A DNA stretch of 8,512 bases, taken from Prasinococcaceae sp. CCMP 1430. Taxonomy: Eukaryota > Plantae > Prasinodermophyta. Positions 1 through 6,892 of this stretch are shown one piece after another. Made by a program: the position numbers and the translations under genes. The notes under the pieces were generated by a model that was given only the letters and a program-made list of their open reading frames with translations, ran no database searches and was not told where the DNA came from. The stretch's first letter is position 1. Each line of letters opens with the position of its first letter. The stretch is taken from contig RQSC01000650.1 in assembly GCA_013416795.1 (NCBI GenBank), positions 1-8,512 on the forward strand, read 5' to 3'.

Positions 1-223
1 CGCGGCCGCGGCCGACGAGACGCGGGGCGGCGCGGGGGGCGGGGGTTTGGTCGTGCGGGGGGGCGAGGGCGGTCCTCAGAGTCCAAAAGGGGGACTGGGG
101 GACGCGGCAGCGGCAGCGGCACCGCATAGGAGGGCGGGGAGAGGAGGAGGGGCGAGAGGGCACAGCGAGCGCGCGAGCGCGCGCGCGCGCCGAGGGACGG
201 AGGGGGAGCGCGAGTGCGGGGCG

Positions 224-1123
224 ATGGCGGCGCTCGCGACTGCTGCCGCCTCCGAGATGCGCACCGTCGAGTGCAGCGACGGCGCGGCGTTGCGAGTCGA
301 ATGCTGGGGAGCGGCCGACGCGCCGCACACGCTCGTGCTCGTGCACGGCTGGAGCGGCTCGCGGCGCTCGTTCGCGCTCAACGCGGGGCCGCTCGCCGCC
401 GCCGCGGGGGGCGCCCTGCGCGTCGTGGCATACGACCAGCGCTTTCACGGCGACAGCTCCAAGCCCGCGTGGGGGTGGCACGTCGCGCGGCTGGCGATGG
501 ACCTGCGCGAGGTGCTCGACGCGCTGGGCGTGCGCGGCGCCACCTGCGTTGGCACGTCGATGGGCGTCGCGGTGCTGCTCTCGTACACCGAGCTCTTCGG
601 CGCCGACTGCGGGCGCATCGGCCGGCTGGTGTTCGTCGACCAGGCGCCGCTCCAGAACCGCGCGCCGGGCTGGGAGCTCGGGAGCAAGGGCTGCTACGAC
701 GACGCGGCGCTCGAGGGCCTGCGCGGCGCGCTGCGCGCCGGCATGAAGGCGTTTGCCGCGGGCAACGTCGAGGCGTGCGCGAGCCTCCCGCTGCCCGAGG
801 CGCTGCTGGCGGCGCTCGAGGAGGACACTTGCAAGTGCGATCCCGAGCACCTCGGCGAGCTCATGGCGGACCACACGCGCCTCGACTGGCGGCCGCTGCT
901 GCCGCGCGTGCGCGCGCCCGTGCTCAACCTGTGCGGCGGGCGCAGCGGCATCTTCCCGGTGGAGGGCGTGGCGGCCGTCGGGAGGGGGGTGAGCGACGGG
1001 GTGAACGTCACGTTCGGGGAGGCGAACCACTGGCTGTACATGGAGGAGCCTGACAAATTCAACGACATGGTGCTTGCGTTTTGCCTGAGGTGTGAGCGGC
1101 CGCAGGACGGGGCGGTGGTGTGA
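224..1123 (+). CDS. Alpha/beta-fold hydrolase (Abhydrolase_1; non-heme chloroperoxidase/YdjP-like), 299 aa
   Basis: ATG at 224 follows a purine-rich leader (the ORF-track start at 47 only adds low-complexity G/R sequence). Motifs seen: oxyanion HGWSG (344-358), [12 protein letters not shown], nucleophile elbow GTSMG (551-565), LVFVDQAP, and C-terminal His motif [15 protein letters not shown] (His 1028-1030). TGA at 1121-1123. Confidence 0.92.
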   Translation: MAALATAAASEMRTVECSDGAALRVECWGAADAPHTLVLVHGWSGSRRSFALNAGPLAAAAGGALRVVAYDQRFHGDSSKPAWGWHVARLAMDLREVLDALGVRGATCVGTSMGVAVLLSYTELFGADCGRIGRLVFVDQAPLQNRAPGWELGSKGCYDDAALEGLRGALRAGMKAFAAGNVEACASLPLPEALLAALEEDTCKCDPEHLGELMADHTRLDWRPLLPRVRAPVLNLCGGRSGIFPVEGVAAVGRGVSDGVNVTFGEANHWLYMEEPDKFNDMVLAFCLRCERPQDGAVV

Positions 1124-1142
1124 CCTCTCTTTGTCTCGTTGT

Positions 1143-1147
1143 TGTAA
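1143..1147 (+). promoter_or_regulatory. Candidate chlorophyte-type polyadenylation signal TGTAA for the hydrolase gene
   Basis: TGTAA about 20 nt after the stop in an AT-richer stretch. UGUAA is the known near-upstream poly(A) element in many chlorophytes. Confidence 0.45.
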
Positions 1148-1304
1148 GTCCGAACGACGTCGTCCGAATGGAAAGGATCACAATCACAATCAATGCGCCG
1201 GGGATGTTTCGCGCGTGCGAGCGTCCGCCAGCGAGGAGGAGGAAAAGCTCCCATCTCGACAAGCGAGCGCCGGCGGGAAAAGGAGCGGGAGAGGGGGCGG
1301 CGGC

Positions 1305-1526
1305 GGCGGCCTCGCCGTGCGCCGCGCGTGCTACGGCGTGCTGCGCTTCGTGATGGAGTCGGGCGCCAAGGGCTGCGAGGTGATCGTGGCGGGCAAGATG
1401 CGCGCCGCTCGCGCCAAGGTCATGAAGTTCAAGGACGGCTACATGATCTCCACCGGTACCCCCGTCAAGGAGTACATCGACTCGGCGGTGCGCCACGTCG
1501 CCATGCGCCAGGGTATGATGGGTNTC
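1305..1526 (+). CDS. RPS3: Internal fragment (no N- or C-terminus) of 40S ribosomal protein S3/uS3; probably misassembled or a captured fragment
   Basis: Translates [73 protein letters not shown](ntc), which closely matches the eukaryotic uS3 middle region. Similarity starts in a GGC repeat and stops at about the N (1524). Codon usage looks like a highly expressed gene (AAG, TTC, TAC, ATC, GGT). Confidence 0.9.
1524..1524. other. Single ambiguous base N, likely a scaffold/contig junction
   Basis: Only N in the window. It coincides with the switch from RPS3 coding sequence to the TAF1C-like frame. Confidence 0.7.
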
Positions 1527-4500
1527 ACGCGCACGCGCACGCCGCAGCGGCCGCCGCGCTGGCCACCAGTCCGCGCGGGAATGCGCTCGCCGTCGGCGAG
1601 GCGTGCGAGGTGAAGGCGCGCGGCGATCTGCCGAGAGAGGCCCTGCCCCTCTACTTCGCCTCGCCCGACGTCCACAGCATTGCCCTTCCCAGCGGGGAGC
1701 GGCCGTACGCGCGCCTCGGCCGCTTTGCGGTGCTGCCGTGCGCGCTGCAGCTCGCCGCGCGCGCCGGACGGCGACGGCACGGCGGCGCGGCCGCAGGCGT
1801 GGAGTGCCCGTGGCGCCACAGCATGCCGCTCGAGCCCTTCTTCGTGGACGAAGAGCCGCTGCAGATGCAACTCGTGCGCGCAGAGGGCGTGCCCAATCGC
1901 GTCCTGCTGCGTCGCGGCCTGTCAGGAGTGGCCGTGCACGTCGCCCCGACCGACGGAGGTGCAGGCATTGCGAGCGCGCTGCCCGGCCGGGAGGTGCGCT
2001 ACTGGGCGAGGGGCCCGCAGGGCGCGGCCTGTGCACACGCGTCGTGGAACGGCCTGCTCGGACGCGAGCTTGTGTGCGTCGCATCCGACGGCACGGTCGA
2101 CTTTCACGACGTAGAGGCGGGGAGGCTCGGCGCGCGCATGGACTCGCTGCTGCCTCCGCCGCATGCAGGCGCGGCGCCGCAGCAGCTGCGCTGGCAAGGT
2201 GAGTGGGGGCACCACCCACGCGTGTACGTGTTGGCGGGCGGCTGCGGGATGTACGCTGCGGACGCGCGCTGCAAAGGCCGGCCAGTGCAGCTCTACGCGG
2301 GCGCGCAGCCGGTGGTGGCGATGGCGCGCGCGGCGCGCGGGGGCCCTGCTGGTGGCGCAGGCGCAGGCGCGTACGTCGGCGGGGGATGGGATGCGTTCGC
2401 CGTCGCCGCTGCGAGTGCGTCCGAGGTGATGCTCTTTGATGTGCGTGCGGCCACCGAGCCCGTACTGCGATGGGCGCCCCCGCTGCTGGGCAACGCGCAG
2501 TACTTCGAGGCTCTCTCAGACGCTCCCGCGCTTCTCCAAATGGAACACGGCATCGAGTGGGGACGGGTGCGCTCGAGGAATGGTGGCGACGGCGAAGGCG
2601 ATGGTGGCGGCGACGGCGATGCTGACAAGAGCTCAGTGGTTCTGTGCGCTGGCGTGGCATGCAACGTGTGGGCATCGCAGTACGGAGGCGGCTCGGGCGC
2701 GGCGCTCAGCGCGTGCTCGATCCGCCCGGGCTCGCGCGGGCCGCCCGCGCTCCTTCACTCCCGTGCGTCGCGCACGCCCGACCTGTACCACGTCGATCAC
2801 AGCTCGCAGGTGGGCGGATTCGCAGTCGTCCCCGCGCCTTTCAGCCTCGACGGATGCCTCGTGAAGGGCCTGAAGGGCGACGCCACCCTGACCATGGTGC
2901 TAACGCGTGGCGGGCATCTCCATGTCTCTGCGCTGCAGAGGGCGGGCGAGGGGACGGCCGAGGCACGGGCGAGTGCCGTGTGCAGAGCCGGTGCTGCCGT
3001 CTCTCGTGAGGGCGACGCTCCAGGCTCCGCGAGGGAAGGGTCCGGGGGAGCGCGGCGCGCACCGGGCGACGAGCCCGACGAGCACGGCGCGACTCGCGGC
3101 AAGTCCAAGGCAGTGGAGAAGCCTGAGAGGAAGGCCGCGCGCGAGGCCAAGCGCGCGCAGAATTCGGAGAGAAAGGCGAGAAAGGACAAGGCCGAGACGG
3201 TGCACCGGAGCACGTCGGTTTCGAAGGAGCAGGCTGCCAAGCTCAAAGCGCTCTTTGCGCTCGACGCGTATCCGACCCGTGAGCAGAGGGATGCGCTCGT
3301 GCAGGAGTTCGGTATCGAGCGCAAAGTTGTGACCCGGTGGTTTCACCACAGTCGCCTTTCGAAGAGGAGGCTCGCGCAGAGGGAGGAGCGGAAGAAAGCA
3401 CGGGACGGACTGCACAGGGATGACAGAGATCGCGAGGAGAGGCAGAGAGCGGCAGAGGATCGTGAGGCAGAGCTGATCCCGCTCCTGTCTCGCATGCCAG
3501 TGCTACCGCACCCTCTTTCGCACTTCGCTGAGCTCCAAGGCGTGGGCCCAGACTCTGCGGCGCGCGCGGCCGCCGCGCAAGAGCGCGCTCGCGCGACGCA
3601 TCTCGAAGTGGCACTGCGAGCGCGCTTCGACGATCGCGAGATGCGCGAAGTGCTCGCGCGCGCGCGCGACGCGCGTCTAGCCATCGAGCCTTTCGAGGCC
3701 GCACTCGAGGAAGCATGTGCTGTCCTCGACATCTGTGAGACCGAGCTCAAGGAGATCGAGGACGCCGCTGTCGACGCTTCTGAGAGCGCGGAGAATGGTG
3801 GTCGCGCCGACTTGCCATCGCTGGACCTCGAAACCGAGCGCGACGAGTGGGCCAAAGCAGTTCAAGTCGCCAGGCGGCGCGTGCGTCGAGCCCAGGCCGA
3901 CCTCGCCAGAGAGCGACCGAAGCATCGTCGTGTCGCTTGTGCCGCGCTCGAGGCGGCAGCGGCGCGTGGCAAGCGCAAGGCGGCCGCCCGCGAGGAGATG
4001 GCGAGGCGCCTGCGCGTTGGAGGCGAGCAGCAAGGCAGAGCGCAGCAGAGCAGTCAAGAGGCCAATGCCGCGGGCGAACGTGCTGGCGCAGGCGCTGGCG
4101 ATGCAGGCCCTGCCGAAGAGCAGCCAGGCTTCGCCTCGCTTCCGGCGCCGGTGGTCGAACCGGTGTCCTCGCGTGCGCTGTCGGCGCTGCCAGCTGTTCC
4201 CGTTGACGCGGACCGACTCGCGCATCCCAAGCAAAGAAACAAGGGCGTTGTTGATGGGGGCAACGTTGCAGCGCTGCCGGCGCTGAAGAGGTTTCTTCTG
4301 ACCGGTGACTTTATCGACATGTGCCACGTGGGCGAGGAGACGAAACGCGCTGGCGTCGCCGGGGCGGTGCAGCGCCATGCAGACGGCAAGATGGACGCGC
4401 TCAACGATGGGCCAATAGGCGATGGCGAGGCCAAAGCTGTCGATCGCAAGGGGAAGGCCAAGGTTGGCTGCGAAGGCGGGTCGCTTGGTGGCGACATCGC

Positions 4501-6550
4501 AAAGGCGGGACGTGAGGCGGCTCGCACGCTCTGGCGCCCTCCTCGAGCGCGCGAGCTCTTGAGCTTGCCGAAGACGCTGAGTCGCAAGCTGCAGCGAAAG
4601 AAACTGGTTGAGGACGTGACCGGCTTGCGCGCCAAGGCCGCGCACATTAGCGCGACGGTGTCTGTGCGCGGCGTTCGGCCACTGAGTAGCAACAAGGACA
4701 CCGACATGTCGGCCAAAATGCTGCGCTGTGAGAAGCACCTACAGCGCGCGCTCGACGAGGCCGCCGCCAGCCTTGGGAAGGACCGCAGCGCCGCGCGAGC
4801 AGGCGCGCGTCTCTACAAACTCAGCAACGAGGCGAAAGGCAAGGTGCCGCCGGCCACTTCTGCGCTGCGCGGGATGAGCTTCGCGCAGCAGGTCGTCGCG
4901 CTCTCCGCCCCCTGCCCCGAGTGCGCCAAGCGAAGCACGTGCGGGCTCACCAACCTTTACGTGTGCAGGGTCAGGAAGAGGCACACGTGCCCTGCAGACT
5001 TCCAGCTTGGCGAAGGGCAGCTCGGCAGGCTCCAAGCGGCTGAAGCGCGCACGGGCGGCGATGGCGGTCGAAGTACGAGCGCTGGCGCCGGTCCCAGCGC
5101 GACTTCGAGTGGAGGTGTCGCGGACGCGTCCGGCAACGCAGGTGTCCGGAGCGTGGGCGGAAGCGATTCGGGCGCGCCCTCCCTTCACTCATTGGTCGGA
5201 CTCGGCGCTGGTGCCGGCGTCGAGAGCACCGCACTGCGCGCGTGGAACGAGGCTGTTGTGCCCAGCGACATGGCGCGCTTGCCTCACCCCGTCAGCATGG
5301 AGGAGCTCGGCACGGCTGCTGATGCGCCTCGTGCGACTTCCGCGGGCGCTGGCGGCGGTGACACGCGTGCGCTCGGCGGCGACGCCGTCCGGGAGGCGCT
5401 TCGCCTGGCCGCGCGTACGGCGTATGAGGACATGCGCCTCAGCCTGAAGACGGCCAAGACGTCAGCGGCGTCGATCGAGCGCCTGCGCGACCTGAGGCGT
5501 GCGGCGTCGGCCTTCGTGTGCGCGCCCGCTGTGAGCTCTGACGAGGCGATGGCCGCGACGCTCGCTGCCACCCAGGCACCGAACGCCTCCGCGCTTCGCG
5601 CCCAGGTCTTGCGCGCCAGCGAGGCGCGCGCGAGGAGCACCCTGCATGGCCGTCCGCGCGTGGGCCGACGCGCGCGCACCGAGCGCCGTGTGGATGAGCG
5701 CGCGAGAGAGATTGGCCTGCGCGCCCAGGAGAATTTGAGTGGTGGCGATGGCGCCATCGAGGGGAGCACCGACGCCATCGTGTCGGCGAGCTTCGACTGC
5801 ATCGTTGCCGGCCAAGACAGTGCGCGCGCCATGCCCCACGCGCTGTGCGCGCCGAGTGCCTCCAGCGGGGGTGGCAAGCGCTCCGCGCGGCGTGCGATGC
5901 AGATCGTTGGGCCCCCTCGCATCCCCGTGCCCGAGTTGGAGCAGGACCCGGGAATGGAGCCTGCTTCCAGTCGCGTGATCCAATCTATCGACAGGCTCGC
6001 CTCCAGGTGGCTTGAGAAGGATGGCTGGCCGCATGCGCACTCCTCCGACTCGGAGGACGTCGAAAGGGAGGGCGCCGCCAGAGGCGGTGGCGGAGGGCGG
6101 CGCGTCGAGGGCGCGGCCGGGGCGGGGGCAGCCGGTGCTGCACAGACCGCGGGGACGCGGCGGCACGTGGGGGCGGAGCCGCGGAATCGCCGGGCACAAG
6201 ACCCTCCCGGGAGTCGGCGGCCCGAGAATCTCCAGGGGCGAGCGCATCCGCGCGGGAGCTCGCAGCCAACTGCGCCCCCCTCGCAGCGCGTGCCGGCCAG
6301 TGCACCCACTGGAACCGAGCTGGCCGCGCCCTCGCAACGCGCGCCGCTGCAGAACCCGCCCCCGTCGAAGCTGCCAGTGCATCGGCCGAATCCCTCCCAG
6401 AACGTCACGCGAGCGCAGCATGGCGCGCAGGGGCAGCCTAAGGCCCCCCAGCCGGAGACGCGCAAGCGCCGCGCGCCCCTTCCGCTCACTGCCGCGGGTG
6501 GGCGCAAGAGCAAGCCCAAGAAGCCCAAGCGGGCGATGGGCTTCGTGTGA
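1526..6550 (+). CDS. TAF1C: TAF1C/Rrn6-like RNA polymerase I initiation factor subunit with internal homeodomain, coiled coils and Cys/His cluster; 5' end unresolved (1674 aa from 1526)
   Basis: Uninterrupted frame to TGA 6548-6550. It has ordered beta-propeller-type motifs resembling plant/animal TAF1C as recalled: HASWNGLLGRELVCVASDGTVDFHDV (2036-), EWGHHPRVYVLA (~2201-), FAVAAASASEVMLFDVRAATEPVLRW (to 2473), GGFAVV, TMVLTRGGHLHVSAL (to 2935), LPALKRFLLTGDF (4274-4312), and terminal KKPKRAMGFV. The ORF is high confidence; the TAF1C identity is moderate. The track's start at 1193 reads through the RPS3 fragment in another frame and is not trusted. Confidence 0.65.
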   Translation, partial: HAHAHAAAAAALATSPRGNALAVGEACEVKARGDLPREALPLYFASPDVHSIALPSGERPYARLGRFAVLPCALQLAARAGRRRHGGAAAGVECPWRHSMPLEPFFVDEEPLQMQLVRAEGVPNRVLLRRGLSGVAVHVAPTDGGAGIASALPGREVRYWARGPQGAACAHASWNGLLGRELVCVASDGTVDFHDVEAGRLGARMDSLLPPPHAGAAPQQLRWQGEWGHHPRVYVLAGGCGMYAADARCKGRPVQLYAGAQPVVAMARAARGGPAGGAGAGAYVGGGWDAFAVAAASASEVMLFDVRAATEPVLRWAPPLLGNAQYFEALSDAPALLQMEHGIEWGRVRSRNGGDGEGDGGGDGDADKSSVVLCAGVACNVWASQYGGGSGAALSACSIRPGSRGPPALLHSRASRTPDLYHVDHSSQVGGFAVVPAPFSLDGCLVKGLKGDATLTMVLTRGGHLHVSALQRAGEGTAEARASAVCRAGAAVSREGDAPGSAREGSGGARRAPGDEPDEHGATRGKSKAVEKPERKAAREAKRAQNSERKARKDKAETVHRSTSVSKEQAAKLKALFALDAYPTREQRDALVQEFGIERKVVTRWFHHSRLSKRRLAQREERKKARDGLHRDDRDREERQRAAEDREAELIPLLSRMPVLPHPLSHFAELQGVGPDSAARAAAAQERARATHLEVALRARFDDREMREVLARARDARLAIEPFEAALEEACAVLDICETELKEIEDAAVDASESAENGGRADLPSLDLETERDEWAKAVQVARRRVRRAQADLARERPKHRRVACAALEAAAARGKRKAAAREEMARRLRVGGEQQGRAQQSSQEANAAGERAGAGAGDAGPAEEQPGFASLPAPVVEPVSSRALSALPAVPVDADRLAHPKQRNKGVVDGGNVAALPALKRFLLTGDFIDMCHVGEETKRAGVAGAVQRHADGKMDALNDGPIGDGEAKAVDRKGKAKVGCEGGSLGGDIAKAGREAARTLWRPPRARELLSLPKTLSRKLQRKKLVEDVTGLRAKAAHISATVSVRGVRPLSSNKDTDMSAKMLRCEKHLQRALDEAAASLGKDRSAARAGARLYKLSNEAKGKVPPATSALRGMSFAQQVVALSAPCPECAKRSTCGLTNLYVCRVRKRHTCPADFQLGEGQLGRLQAAEARTGGDGGRSTSAGAGPSATSSGGVADASGNAGVRSVGGSDSGAPSLHSLVGLGAGAGVESTALRAWNEAVVPSDMARLPHPVSMEELGTAADAPRATSAGAGGGDTRALGGDAVREALRLAARTAYEDMRLSLKTAKTSAASIERLRDLRRAASAFVCAPAVSSDEAMAATLAATQAPNASALRAQVLRASEARARSTLHGRPRVGRRARTERRVDERAREIGLRAQENLSGGDGAIEGSTDAIVSASFDCIVAGQDSARAMPHALCAPSASSGGGKRSARRAMQIVGPPRIPVPELEQDPGMEPASSRVIQSIDRLASRWLEKDGWPHAHSSDSEDVEREGAARGGGGGRRVEGAAGAGAAGAAQTAGTRRHVGAEPRNRRAQDPPGSRRPENLQGRAHPRGSSQPTAPPSQRVPASAPTGTELAAPSQRAPLQNPPPSKLPVHRPNPSQNVTRAQHGAQGQPKAPQPETRKRRAPLPLTAAGGRKSKPKKPKRAMGFV
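3197..3376 (+). other. Homeodomain (60 aa, non-TALE) within the large ORF
   Basis: TVHRSTSVSKEQAAKLKALFALDAYPTREQRDALVQEFGIERKVVTRWFHHSRLSKRRLA has Q12, L16, F20, Y25, P26, R31, L34, I40, V45, W48, F49 and R53 at exact canonical spacing. Confidence 0.88.
4913..4990 (+). other. Cys/His cluster, putative metal-binding module
   Basis: CPECAKRSTCGLTNLYVCRVRKRHTC = C-x2-C-x5-C-x7-C-x5-H-x-C, in an otherwise Cys-poor, Ala/Gly-rich region. Confidence 0.5.
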
Positions 6551-6641
6551 TGCCCGCGCCCACCCGGCACGAGCGCGCGTGCACGCGCTTGAGTTGTCTG
6601 CCTATTGTGGTCGACCCAGCTCAGTGATGTAGTCCAATGTA

Positions 6642-6646
6642 TGTAA
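6642..6646 (+). promoter_or_regulatory. Candidate polyadenylation signal TGTAA for the large ORF
   Basis: TGTAA about 90 nt after the TGA, in the locally AT-rich stretch AATGTATGTAACAGT. Confidence 0.5.
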
Positions 6647-6892
6647 CAGTACGCGTCATGGCGCATTCTTACGTGCGGGCACGGCGGACCTCTCCCACGC
6701 CGGCGGCCGCGTCTTCGGCGCGTAGCCTCTCATCTCACCTATGTTAAGTGCTTGGGAGCGCTGCCGCAGCAGACACTCTCTCGGCGACAATAAAACGAGC
6801 TTGGGGGTTGTTCGGAGCTCCCGCGTTGCGCGACGCGTGGCCGACTCGCCTGTGCGGCACGGCGCGCACTCGGGACTGCGCACGATCGCACT

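Noticed and set aside
84-98. CAAAAGGGGGACTG, resembling a copia polypurine tract followed by TG
   Set aside because: No LTR, second copy, or gag/pol sequence in the window.
2-127. Minus-strand ATG at 127, open to the window edge (MRCRCRCRVPQSPFW…)
   Set aside because: Only 42 low-complexity codons with no homology signal; cannot be supported from this window.
47-223. N-terminal extension of the hydrolase in the ORF track
   Set aside because: It has a non-ATG start and low-complexity G/R content. The ATG at 224 sits just before the folded domain.
1193-1523. N-terminus of the 1785-aa ORF as given in the track
   Set aside because: It reads the RPS3 fragment out of frame as Arg-rich nonsense and crosses the N; open only because GC-rich DNA has few stops.
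1059-6666. Long antisense and alternate-frame ORFs (e.g. 1059-2675, 3677-4738, 5284-6666 on -; 214-1053, 6938-7537, 7026-7697 on +)
   Set aside because: These are shadow ORFs of real genes in high-GC DNA, R/P/A-rich with no recognisable motifs.
6620-6737. Possible minus-strand C/D-box snoRNA (GAGATGA … CTGA)
   Set aside because: Imperfect C box, no convincing terminal stem, and no rRNA-complementary guide that I could recognise.
6789-6794. AATAAA on the plus strand
   Set aside because: It lies about 240 nt past the stop, beyond a better-placed TGTAA, and is on the wrong strand for the minus-strand gene.
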